In this document: positions 46,035 to 55,395 of the stretch, piece by piece
Layout: the number at the start of each line of letters is the position of its first letter
Numbering within the stretch: the first letter of the stretch is position 1
From: Gemmatimonas sp.
Lineage (GTDB): Bacteria; Gemmatimonadota; Gemmatimonadetes; Gemmatimonadales; Gemmatimonadaceae
Assembly: GCA_965279375.1 (NCBI GenBank)
Contig: OZ257156.1
Location: 2,112,001-2,176,000 of the forward strand
DNA: 64,000 nucleotides
Direction: 5' to 3'
Notes under the pieces: generated by a model
Database searches by the model: none
What the model was told of the DNA's origin: nothing
The model's input: only the letters and a program-made list of their open reading frames with translations
Translations under genes and position numbers: made by a program

Positions 46035-48350
46035 ATGACTGCACGCCTCTCCTTCACGTTCGCTGCCGCACTGGCCCTCGCTCTCCCCCTCGCCTCCCTG
46101 CGCGCGCAATCCAACACCGTGATCGCCGGTCCGGCGGCTCCGGTGGCCCCGGCGGTGATCACCCGCGATTCCGCGCAGCACGCCACGGTTCGCGCCATCA
46201 AGCTTTCCGCGCCGCTCACGCTCGACGGCGTGCTCGACGAGGTGGTGTACACCAAGGAAGTGCCGTTCGGCGGACTGATTCAGGTGGCACCCAATGCCGG
46301 TGCACCGGCGACCGAGCGCAGCGACATCTGGATCACGTATGATGATCGCAACATTTACCTGTCCTGTCGCTGCTACGACGCGTCGCCGTCCGCCGAATGG
46401 ATCGTGAATGAACTGCGCCGCGACACCGGTGGCCTGCGCAACAACGAACACATCGGCGTCCTGTTCGACACGTTCTACGATCGCCGCAGTGGCTTTGCCT
46501 TCTACACCAATCCGCTTGGCGCGCGCGCCGATTACTCCATTGTCGATGAAGGCCAGTCCAACACCGATTGGAATCCGGTGTGGACGTCCAAGACCGGTCG
46601 CTTCGATGGCGGCTGGACCGTCGAGATGGCCATTCCCTTCAAGTCGCTGCGCTATCGCGCAGGCACGGATCAAGTGTGGGGGATGCAGATCCGTCGCTCG
46701 GTGCGACACAAGAATGAGTGGGACTATCTCACGCCGGTGCCGCGCATCCTGGCGGGTCCGCAGGCGCTCAACCGCGTGTCGGCAGGTGGCACGCTGGTTG
46801 GACTCGATCTCCCCGAGACAGGCAAGAACATCGAGATCAAGCCATACGTCGTGGCGCGAACAACGACGGACCGTGTGCGCACGCCCAAGATCAGCAACGA
46901 TGTCGGCAGCGAGATCGGCGGCGATATCAAGTACGCCGTCACGCCCAATCTCACGGCAGACCTCACGGTCAATACGGATTTCGCGCAGGTGGAGGCCGAT
47001 GAGCAACAGGTCAACCTGACGCGATTCAATCTGTTCTTTCCCGAGAAGCGCGAATTCTTTCTCGAGGGGCGCGGCATCTTTGATTTTGCGCGCGGCGGCA
47101 ATGGCGCGTTTGGCGGAAACGGCGGCGCCGACACGCCGCAGCTGTTCTATACGCGACGCATCGGGCTCGACAACGGTGGCGTCGTGCCGATCAACGTGGG
47201 CGGCCGACTCACCGGCAAGCTGGGCAAGTACGCGCTCGGTCTGATGAACATCGGCACGTCGGGCGACCCGGCATTCAAGGCCGAGCCGACCAACTTCACC
47301 GTGCTGCGTGTGAAGCGTGATGTGCTGCAGCGCAGCTCGGTCGGCGCGATGTATACCAACCGATCGGTCGGCGCATCGGGCACCGGTTCCAACGCCGTGT
47401 ACGGCCTCGACGGGGCGTTCCTGCTCACACAGGCGTTGACCGCCGGCGTGTACTGGGCGCAGAGTCAAACCACGCGCGTCGCTGGAGAGAATCAGAGCTA
47501 TCAGGGGCGGCTCGACTACAGCGTCGACAAGTACGGCGCGAAGGCGGAGTATCTCTCGGTGGGCCGCAACTTCGATCCGCAGGTCGGCTTCCGTCGCCGC
47601 TTCGACATCGGTCGGTCGTTCGGCGAGCTGCGCTTCTCGCCCCGCCCAGCGAATCAGACGATCGTGCGGAAGTTCACGGGCACCGCGTCGGGCGAGTACG
47701 TCGAGAACGGTCTGGGCATCGTGGAAACGCGCATCTGGCGCGGGCACTTCGACACCGAGTTCGCGAGCAGTGACGTGGTGGGCTTTGACGTGACGCGAAA
47801 CTACGAGTTCCTGCGCCAGCCGTTCACGCCCTCGGGTGCATCGGTGCCCATCGCGCCGGGCGGCTATGGCTTCTCGGATGTAGCCCTTTCGTATTCCTTC
47901 GGCGCGCAGCGGCGAGCGTCGGGCACCGTCCGCGTGCAAGCCGGCCAGTTCTACGACGGCACGATCCGCAGCATCACCATCGGGCCGAGCACCACCGGTT
48001 CGTCAGCCCGTATCGCCATCATGAAGCGGCTCGCCGTCGAGCCCACGTTTTCGATCACGCGTGTTGAGCGACCCAACTCGTCGTTTACCACTCGGCTTGC
48101 CCGGGCACGTGTGGACTACGGGTTCACACCGCTGATGTTTGCGAGTGGGCTCGTGCAATGGAACTCGGCCGACCGTGCGTTCAGCACGAACCTGCGTTTT
48201 CGCTGGGAGTATGCGCCGGGCAGCGAAGTCTTTCTCGTGTACACCGACGAGCGCGACATCCGCGACGATCGCTATGCGACGCCGACCACCGTGCGCGGCC
48301 TCAAGAATCGCGCATTGGTGGTGAAGTTCAATCGGCTGTTCAGATATTGA
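46035..48350 (+). CDS. DUF5916 / CBM9-like domain outer-membrane protein (second paralog)
   Basis: LDGVLDE, FDTFYD, NTDFAQVEAD, FFPEKREFFLEG, RWEYAPGS; aromatic C-terminus. Confidence 0.87.
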   Translation: MTARLSFTFAAALALALPLASLRAQSNTVIAGPAAPVAPAVITRDSAQHATVRAIKLSAPLTLDGVLDEVVYTKEVPFGGLIQVAPNAGAPATERSDIWITYDDRNIYLSCRCYDASPSAEWIVNELRRDTGGLRNNEHIGVLFDTFYDRRSGFAFYTNPLGARADYSIVDEGQSNTDWNPVWTSKTGRFDGGWTVEMAIPFKSLRYRAGTDQVWGMQIRRSVRHKNEWDYLTPVPRILAGPQALNRVSAGGTLVGLDLPETGKNIEIKPYVVARTTTDRVRTPKISNDVGSEIGGDIKYAVTPNLTADLTVNTDFAQVEADEQQVNLTRFNLFFPEKREFFLEGRGIFDFARGGNGAFGGNGGADTPQLFYTRRIGLDNGGVVPINVGGRLTGKLGKYALGLMNIGTSGDPAFKAEPTNFTVLRVKRDVLQRSSVGAMYTNRSVGASGTGSNAVYGLDGAFLLTQALTAGVYWAQSQTTRVAGENQSYQGRLDYSVDKYGAKAEYLSVGRNFDPQVGFRRRFDIGRSFGELRFSPRPANQTIVRKFTGTASGEYVENGLGIVETRIWRGHFDTEFASSDVVGFDVTRNYEFLRQPFTPSGASVPIAPGGYGFSDVALSYSFGAQRRASGTVRVQAGQFYDGTIRSITIGPSTTGSSARIAIMKRLAVEPTFSITRVERPNSSFTTRLARARVDYGFTPLMFASGLVQWNSADRAFSTNLRFRWEYAPGSEVFLVYTDERDIRDDRYATPTTVRGLKNRALVVKFNRLFRY

Positions 48351-48400
48351 GAAATTCTCGATCCAAGAGTACATGACCGCACAAACAGTCCGTCTCAAAG

Positions 48401-48440
48401 TGGCCATCGACGAGCGATGTCGCATCGTCACCGATGGCTA
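48401..48440. terminator. Bulged stem-loop downstream of the DUF5916 gene
   Basis: TGGCCATCG/CGATGGCTA, ACGA/TCGT and GCG/CGC paired segments. Confidence 0.35.
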
Positions 48441-48663
48441 TCGAACAAGCGCAGATAGAACGCTCGATACCACAGTAATTTCTGGTTAATCTGGATCCTG
48501 TCCGTTGCATTTTCGGCAATCCCTCACGCGTAGGTGCTGAGCACCTCGCGTCGTTTGACAAGTCCGATGCATGGCGACACCGTACCACCTGTCGCCGCGT
48601 GAGCATTGCTGAGGCAGTTGTACCGGCGCACGTACTCCATGAACCATCGCGCCTGCGCCAACG

Positions 48664-51417
48664 ATGCCCGGTCCATTTCGTCTTCGTGTGTTCGGTGGCA
48701 TGCAGCTGCTCGCGCCACTCGCCCCCACAGACGATGAGCTGACACGCGCCGAGCTGCTCGAGAATCGGCGACGGGTGCTCGCTGTGCTGACGCTCCTCGC
48801 CCTGTCGCCGCGTCCGCTCACCCGCGACCAGCTGGCTGACCACTTCTGGCGCGACAGCGAACCGGCCCGCGCTCGGCATTCGGTGACCGAGTCGTTGCGC
48901 ATGCTGCGGCGCGTGCTGGGGGAAGACGCGGTTGCATCGCGAGCGGCGCACCTGTCGCTCGATCCAGACGTCCCGCTCGAGTCGGACGTCGCGCAATTTC
49001 TCGCAGCACACGCCGCCGCAGACCACGCGACCGCGGTGTCCCTCTACACCGGCGATTTCCTCGACGGGATCTACGTCGAGCGCGCCCCCCGCTTTGATGA
49101 GTGGGTGGACCGGCAGCGTCAGTCGCTGCGCGACGCGTTCGTTGCATCATGCGCAGCCGAGTGCGGTCGCCTCGCCGGCGAGGGCGCGCACGCAGAGGCC
49201 GCACCTATCGCTCGGCGATGGCTCGATGTGGCGCCGTTGTCCACCGAAGCCGCAGAGGCATGGTTTCGCGCATTGCTCGCGCCGGGCAGCAGCGAGGCAG
49301 TGCGCACGGCGCGCGAACGCTTCACGGCCTACGCCGCATCGCTCGAGGCGGAGTACGACACGCCCCCCGATCGGCGTCTGGTGCAGCTGTTCGACGACGC
49401 CGAGCAGGTACTCGCGTCTCGGTCCGCCGCAGTGCCGGAGCCAGTCAAACCGCGCGCCCTGGTGGAGCCGCCCACGGTGTCGGAACTCAGCACGGCCGAC
49501 GCACCTGTCGTCGGGGCGCCCGCCTCGAGTCGCACGACAGCTGACGACCGCGCCCAGTCGCCCGTTGCTGTCCCGCGTCGAAGCCGGATCGCGTTGGCCA
49601 TCCTGATGCTGCTCGTCGTGGCCCCAGTGGTCGCGTGGCGCTTCGGATTGTTTGGCTCAGGTCGCTCCGCGATCGCTGACTCGGACCAGGTCGCGTCGAT
49701 GGTCGTCGCCGACGCCGAGAACGCGAGCCCGGACTCGCTGTTGGGCTACATGGTGACGTTGGCCGTGACCACGGCGCTTCGGGAAGCAGATGCCGTACAG
49801 CCGCTGTCGGCAAGCCGGGTGCGCGAACTGCGGCGACTCACCACATCGCCCACGGATACGGCGGCACTGCGCGGACCGCTGACGGAGCCGATCGCCCGCA
49901 CGGTCGCTGTTCGCGCCGGCGCTGGCGCGGTCGCCATCCCTGTGATCGTCACGCTTGGCGACCAGTATCGTGTGGCGCTGCGCGTGGTGCGGACGAGCGA
50001 TGGTGCGACGGTCTCCAGCGCGCAGTCCGCGATCGTTGCGCCGGCTGGCCTGCTGAGCGCGATCGATGACGTGGTGCAGCGTACGCGACGACAACTGCCC
50101 GATCGTGGTCGCACGGCGGCACCGCGCGCACTTCCCGACTACACCACGGCATCCTTGGCGGCGTTGCGCCTCTACGCCCAAGGGGCACAGGCGTTCGACC
50201 GGAATGATCCGGTCAGTGCACTCGAGTATTACCGCCAGTCGGTCGCGACGGACTCCACCTTCGCGCTCGCCTGGACCGCGCTTGGTCGCGTGCTGTCGTT
50301 CGCCAATCGTCCCATGGCCGCCGACAGTGCGTTTGCGGCGGCTCTGCGGCACTCGGCCCATCTGACTGAGCGCGAGCGCATGATCGTGCGCGCCGCTGCG
50401 TTTCGCGCGCGCGGATTCGCCGACAGTGCCATCGCCGTCCGTGCAGCGTGGATCGCCGCGCACCCCGACGACGTGGAGCAGTTGCGCGTGCAGCTCTACG
50501 ATCTGATTTCGGCGTCGCGCAATGTCGAAGCAGTGGCGCTGGGTGAGGCGCTCGTTCGTCGGGATTCAACCAACGAGAACGTGCTGTACAATCTGGCACT
50601 GGCGTACCGGGCCGACGATCTGCCGACGCGTCGCCGGGCGGCCGAAACCTACGCGCGCGGTTTGCGCCTGGACCCGACGCATCGACGGAACCCGATGCTT
50701 CCGCAGCTGTTCGGCGGACTGCTGGCCCGCGCGCAGATGTACGACAGTGCGGCGCGGTTCCTTGAGTCATTCGGGCCAGAAGACCAGCGCGTGTACGGGC
50801 GCGCGATGCGGGCCTACGGACAGATGGAGCTGCTGCGGAATCAGCCTCGTGCGGCGATCGTCCCGTTTGAGCGCGCCATCTCGGCGGGACAGGCGATGCA
50901 CGACACCCTCACCTGGGTTCGCGCACGGCTGTGGCTGGCGAACACGCTGGCTGCCGCCGGGGAGAGCGACCGGGCTCGCGCGCACGCGGACACCCTCGCC
51001 AAGGAAGCCACCTGGTTGCACGAGCCCCCGATCCAGTACTGGATCGGGCTGCATCTGTCCCGGCTCGGCCGAGTGAACGACGCGCAGTCGGTGCTCAAGG
51101 CGCTGGAGCGCTCGATGGTCGCGACCTCGCGGGTGCATGCGGCCGACCAGGCCTTGCTCAAGGCTGAGATCGCCACAGCGCTCGGGCGGGCGACCTCTGT
51201 GTTGCCGACGCTGCAGGGCGCCATGCGGGGCGACAGCACCGCCATCAGCCTGGAAACCGTCGCGTGGGCGAGTCTGCAGTCCGGCGATTCGGCGACGGCC
51301 CGGACCTTGGCGCCCGCCATTTTGGGCGCCCGCGACTCCTTCGGCTTCGAAGGTTGGCTCGCGATGGAGCGGACGAAGGCGTGGTCTGCACGGCTGGGGA
51401 CTGAAACGCGGCGCTGA
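48664..51417 (+). CDS. Membrane-spanning SARP-family regulator (wHTH + BTAD, TM, TPR domain)
   Basis: LRVFGG, LTRDQLADHFW, LRRVLG, LYTGDFLDG, FDEWV; TM IALAILMLLVVAPVVAW; TPR-like DSTFALAW. Confidence 0.88.
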   Translation: MPGPFRLRVFGGMQLLAPLAPTDDELTRAELLENRRRVLAVLTLLALSPRPLTRDQLADHFWRDSEPARARHSVTESLRMLRRVLGEDAVASRAAHLSLDPDVPLESDVAQFLAAHAAADHATAVSLYTGDFLDGIYVERAPRFDEWVDRQRQSLRDAFVASCAAECGRLAGEGAHAEAAPIARRWLDVAPLSTEAAEAWFRALLAPGSSEAVRTARERFTAYAASLEAEYDTPPDRRLVQLFDDAEQVLASRSAAVPEPVKPRALVEPPTVSELSTADAPVVGAPASSRTTADDRAQSPVAVPRRSRIALAILMLLVVAPVVAWRFGLFGSGRSAIADSDQVASMVVADAENASPDSLLGYMVTLAVTTALREADAVQPLSASRVRELRRLTTSPTDTAALRGPLTEPIARTVAVRAGAGAVAIPVIVTLGDQYRVALRVVRTSDGATVSSAQSAIVAPAGLLSAIDDVVQRTRRQLPDRGRTAAPRALPDYTTASLAALRLYAQGAQAFDRNDPVSALEYYRQSVATDSTFALAWTALGRVLSFANRPMAADSAFAAALRHSAHLTERERMIVRAAAFRARGFADSAIAVRAAWIAAHPDDVEQLRVQLYDLISASRNVEAVALGEALVRRDSTNENVLYNLALAYRADDLPTRRRAAETYARGLRLDPTHRRNPMLPQLFGGLLARAQMYDSAARFLESFGPEDQRVYGRAMRAYGQMELLRNQPRAAIVPFERAISAGQAMHDTLTWVRARLWLANTLAAAGESDRARAHADTLAKEATWLHEPPIQYWIGLHLSRLGRVNDAQSVLKALERSMVATSRVHAADQALLKAEIATALGRATSVLPTLQGAMRGDSTAISLETVAWASLQSGDSATARTLAPAILGARDSFGFEGWLAMERTKAWSARLGTETRR

Positions 51418-51478
51418 TGCGCGCGCGCGGGGCTCAAGGGGAGCGTTTCCGGGCCGATTTCTGAGAGAGAGGCCCCGT

Positions 51479-51497
51479 TTGAGGACCACTTGAGGAC
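51479..51497 (+). promoter_or_regulatory. Direct repeat TTGAGGAC x2 with 11-bp period, candidate SARP binding site
   Basis: Copies at 51479-51486 and 51490-51497, between the SARP gene and the first PEP-CTERM gene. Confidence 0.55.
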
Positions 51498-51592
51498 GGC
51501 GTGATGCGGTCGGCCGAAGATCCGCGCGTGAGTCGGCGTGTCTGGTCAACGAGCGCCAATCAGCGCCCACCAATACTCAAGGAGTTCCCCGA

Positions 51593-52606
51593 ATGCATCG
51601 CGTCACTCGACCGTTTCCGACCGCGAAGGTCTGGCTCTTGGCATTCACCGTGGCGGCCGGGCAGACGCCGTCAGCGGCAAGCGCGCAGACGTACAAGGCG
51701 GACGCGTGGGCGTCCGCCCGCGCATGGAATTCGGCGTTGCTGCCACCGAATTCGATCTTCGACGCCAACGGCAACACCAATTCGACAGGGACCTCGTCGA
51801 ATGCGCAGGCGTCGATGGTGGACGGCACCATTTCAGGGGCGGCGCGTGCCAGCGCTCAGGCAGCCGGTCAAGGGGTCCTGCGCGCCGGCGCATACGTCGA
51901 CCTTTCCTTCGGCGGCACCGAGAGCGGACAAGCCGAAGGGTCCGCCTTCTCGCTGGCCACCTCCTCGGTTGGGTTCAACTTCTTCGACGCATCGGTGCCC
52001 ATCGGGGATCCCGTGGTCTTCACGGCGCAGTCGCTGGTGTCCGGTGGATACCTGCTGAGCGCCCCCCCGAGCAACGGCGCCAGCTACGCTGTCGGCGGCA
52101 TTGGGGTCCAGATGGGGACGAGCGTGTATGGCCCTGCCGGTCAGGGGATCTCGCCCCTGCTCGGCTGGTGGGGACAGGGCTTCTCCTCCGAGCTGAGGTC
52201 CAACGGTCAGATCTTCGACCAGGGATCGGTCAGCACAGGCCCGCAGTCGTTCGACGTGCACGTGTTTAACGGGCAGCTGCTGTACCTGAACATGTTTGTG
52301 GAGGTTTCGGCCGGCTACAACCTGCAACTCGCGGCCAACGGTACGCCGGCCACCGCGCAGGCATGGTCGGACTACACGCGCACCCTGCGATGGGGCGGAA
52401 TCACGGCGGCGCGACGTCTGGATGGCACCGCGCTGTCGAACTACACGGCGTTCGGTGTCGATGGCTTCGACTACGTGAATGCCGCCGGTACCGTGACCAC
52501 GGTGCCGGAACCTTCGACGACGGTGTTGGTGGCGGTTGGCGCGCTCCTGCTCGTACTCGAGCGAAAGCGGCGCACGCATGTTCGCGCGGCTCGCGCTGCG
52601 GCCTGA
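51593..52606 (+). CDS. PEP-CTERM sorting domain protein
   Basis: AAGGAG RBS, signal peptide, C-terminal VPEPST + TM + RKRR. Confidence 0.9.
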   Translation: MHRVTRPFPTAKVWLLAFTVAAGQTPSAASAQTYKADAWASARAWNSALLPPNSIFDANGNTNSTGTSSNAQASMVDGTISGAARASAQAAGQGVLRAGAYVDLSFGGTESGQAEGSAFSLATSSVGFNFFDASVPIGDPVVFTAQSLVSGGYLLSAPPSNGASYAVGGIGVQMGTSVYGPAGQGISPLLGWWGQGFSSELRSNGQIFDQGSVSTGPQSFDVHVFNGQLLYLNMFVEVSAGYNLQLAANGTPATAQAWSDYTRTLRWGGITAARRLDGTALSNYTAFGVDGFDYVNAAGTVTTVPEPSTTVLVAVGALLLVLERKRRTHVRAARAAA

Positions 52607-52749
52607 GCGCCAGACATTCGGCGATCCGGTCCGCGTTCAGCCGGTCGTGAGGGTGGTATTCGCCGGCACGAGACCGACACCTGCCCGTCACCCGTAGCAC
52701 GTCGCCTCAACTCGGGGCGGCCTCTCCTCTTCCTCCATCAATCGGATCC

Positions 52750-53424
52750 ATGCGCACCATGACAGCACACAACCGCTGGCCATTCGCGAAGCTCGTGACA
52801 CAGTGTGCCATCCTGTTCCTCACCGCGTCGATGACGCTGGCTCCGCGAGCGCAGGCCCAGTTCATCTACAGCTACACGGGGAAAAACTTCACGCAGACCA
52901 ATGTCATCGGCCCGACGAGCCCACCGAACGTATTTAGCACCAACAACAGCGTGTCGGGTTTCCTTCAGTTGTCCGCGCTGCTTGGAAGCAACCTCGTGGT
53001 CAATACGCGTGGGAGCACCGTCACCCCTGTATCGTTTCGCTTCACGGACGGTCTCAACACGTTTACCGACGCAAACGTCACCAGTTCGTTTTTCTCGTTC
53101 AGTACGGACGCGTTGGGGAACATCACGGAATGGGTGGCTAGAGCAACACTCTTCAATGGAGCGGCAGGCGGAGGATATGCCAGGGAGTTTACCACGTTTA
53201 GTGGCACGTACAGCTCGGACCGTGGCGTCGAGACCGTCTGCGGCCCGACATCCACCGCTTCTATTTGCGCTTATTTCGGAGACCCGTTCTATCAGGTGTC
53301 CGGATCCAACTACGATGCACCAGGAACGTGGCAGGTGCAGACCACCGTCCCCGAGCCAAGCTCAGTACTTCTGGTCGGTGTTGGCTTGGTTTGTTGCGCC
53401 ATTCGTCTGCGTCGTCGGGCCTAA
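52750..53424 (+). CDS. PEP-CTERM sorting domain protein
   Basis: Signal peptide ending AQA; C-terminal VPEPSS + TM + RLRRR. Confidence 0.9.
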   Translation: MRTMTAHNRWPFAKLVTQCAILFLTASMTLAPRAQAQFIYSYTGKNFTQTNVIGPTSPPNVFSTNNSVSGFLQLSALLGSNLVVNTRGSTVTPVSFRFTDGLNTFTDANVTSSFFSFSTDALGNITEWVARATLFNGAAGGGYAREFTTFSGTYSSDRGVETVCGPTSTASICAYFGDPFYQVSGSNYDAPGTWQVQTTVPEPSSVLLVGVGLVCCAIRLRRRA

Positions 53425-53601
53425 TCGTTCCCCTCTCGTGATTCACACGGGCCGCGCTGCACGATTGGGCGCGGCATTCGTGTGTGCGGGGGAATAGCCA
53501 AGACCCTTTCGCCCATGCGCACGCCACGACTGTCAGAGTCGGTTGGAGAGGGCGACTCTTCGGGAGCAGCATCGTGATCGGGGTCGATCGACGTCGTGCC
53601 G

Positions 53602-55395
53602 CTACGGCTTCGTGTACACCACCTTCCCATCAAACACCGTCAACTCACAGGTCATGTCCTTGAGCGCTTCGGTCTTCACGGCGTAGGGATCGCGGTCCCA
53701 CACGGCGAGGTCGGCGTATTTGCCTACCTCGATGGAGCCGATCTTCTTCTCCATGAACATCTGGCGTGCGGCCCAGATGGTGACCGCGCGCAGCGCGACG
53801 TGCACATCCACCGATTCCGTGCGCCCGAAGGGATCGGTGGTGCCGTTTGACAAGAGCGTCTGCCGTGCCACCGCCGACCAGATGCCGTAGCGCGCCGCAA
53901 AGGGCGTGACGCCAAAGTCCGAGCCGTTGGCCCACGTCATGCCGCGCTTGAGAAACGTCGCAAAGGGATTGAGACGCAGCGACCGCGCCGGCCCAAAGTT
54001 CGCGGCATAGGTATCGCCCAACCACCAGGCAAAGGTCGCCGACGGCTCCGGATACCCCGCGTCAAAGTCATGCTGCAGGCGCGCCATCACGTCGATCGCG
54101 TGATCGCTCGGGATGTTGGCGTGAATGATCCCGTGACGCAGTCCCTTCTTCGGGTTGGCCGCGATCGCCTGCGCGTAGCTGTCCACCGTGTAGTCGATCG
54201 CCTGATCGCCGATGGAGTGCACGCTCACGTGCATGCCCGCATCGTGAAAGAGGCGAATCATTGCGCGAATGGTGTCCGGATTGGACGCGGGATAGCCCTT
54301 GTTGCCCACGTCGATCTCGGTGCCGTTCTTGTTCCAGTCGTCGTAGAGCCACGCGGTACGCGCACCGCCGCTGCCGTCCATATACAGCTTCGCGCCGCCG
54401 GCGATCACATGATCGTCACCGGTGCTTTCGTACGGCCGAGTGGTGGCGGCGCGTTCGGCGATGAGCGTACGCGCTGATGCCGTCGTGCTGCCCCCGCGCC
54501 ACAGCGCAAACACGCGCACGGGGAGTTTGCCTTCGGCGGCCACGCGCTTGTATGCGTCGAACGTCGCGCCATTCATGCCAGGGTCCTTGAGTCCCGTCAT
54601 CCCTTCGGCCACGAACGCCTGCGCAAGATCGCGCAGGCCGGCCTCGGTCTGCTGGATGCTGCGCCCGGGAATGAGACGACGCACGAGTCCCTGCGCGGAC
54701 TCCTTGAGAATGCCGGTGGGCGTGCCATCCGGATTGCGGTCGATCGTTCCGTTGGGTGGATCGCGCGTGTCCTTGGTGATGCCCGCCTTGGCCAGTGCGA
54801 CACTGTTGGCCACGCCGTAGTGGCCCGTGGTCTGCTGCAGCCACACGGGATTGTCCGGCGAACTCGCATCGAGGTCTTTCGCCGTGGGCAGGCGACGTTC
54901 GGCGAACTTGCCTTCATCCCAGCCACGCCCTTCCACCCAAGCACCCGCGCCGACCTTTCTGGCCTGCGCGGCAACGGCGGTCGCCATGTCAGCGATGCTC
55001 TTGGCCGCGGGGTAACCCACATCCACCACGAACAGTCGATCGCCTCCGCCGCCCGAGAAGTGATTGTGCGCGTCGAGCAGCCCTGGCGTGACGCTCCGCC
55101 CCTTGAGATCGATGCGCTGCGTTGATGGACCCGCGAGTCGCAGAATCTGCGCGTCGGTGCCCACGGCCACGATCTTATTGCCGCGAACGGCAATCGCTTG
55201 CGCAATGCGATCCTTTGCATCGACGGTGATCACGTGCCCGTGCAGGAGCACGAGATCGGCGCGCGGCGCCTGCTGCGCGCCGATCTCGAGAGACGCGGTG
55301 CCCAGGGCGCATGCAGCAAACGCGGCCAGCACCCAGGGTGCCGCCGCGTTCGTGTGTAACCGCCTGTGGATTCGTTGACCTGTGGAACGGACCAT
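53602..55395 (-). CDS. Amidohydrolase_3 (YtcJ-like) secreted amidohydrolase
   Basis: PGLLDAHNH, PTGILKE, KLYMDGS, HSIGD, GSDF, GSIEVGKYADL; TAATG overlap with the kinase gene. Confidence 0.9.
   Translation of the reverse strand: MVRSTGQRIHRRLHTNAAAPWVLAAFAACALGTASLEIGAQQAPRADLVLLHGHVITVDAKDRIAQAIAVRGNKIVAVGTDAQILRLAGPSTQRIDLKGRSVTPGLLDAHNHFSGGGGDRLFVVDVGYPAAKSIADMATAVAAQARKVGAGAWVEGRGWDEGKFAERRLPTAKDLDASSPDNPVWLQQTTGHYGVANSVALAKAGITKDTRDPPNGTIDRNPDGTPTGILKESAQGLVRRLIPGRSIQQTEAGLRDLAQAFVAEGMTGLKDPGMNGATFDAYKRVAAEGKLPVRVFALWRGGSTTASARTLIAERAATTRPYESTGDDHVIAGGAKLYMDGSGGARTAWLYDDWNKNGTEIDVGNKGYPASNPDTIRAMIRLFHDAGMHVSVHSIGDQAIDYTVDSYAQAIAANPKKGLRHGIIHANIPSDHAIDVMARLQHDFDAGYPEPSATFAWWLGDTYAANFGPARSLRLNPFATFLKRGMTWANGSDFGVTPFAARYGIWSAVARQTLLSNGTTDPFGRTESVDVHVALRAVTIWAARQMFMEKKIGSIEVGKYADLAVWDRDPYAVKTEALKDMTCELTVFDGKVVYTKP

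Noticed and set aside
45633..47939. 768-aa minus-strand ORF
   Set aside because: Shadow of the DUF5916 gene; no protein-like motifs.
48401..48440. Bulged hairpin as a possible integron attC site
   Set aside because: Lacks RYYYAAC/GTTRRRY ends, is single-copy here, and no integron integrase is present.
48373..48489. 38-codon ORF MTAQTVRLKVAID...
   Set aside because: Weak SD, atypical codons, overlaps a hairpin; no support.
48555..48560. Perfect TTGACA (also at 35887-35892)
   Set aside because: No convincing -10 hexamer at 16-18 nt spacing, so not called as a promoter.
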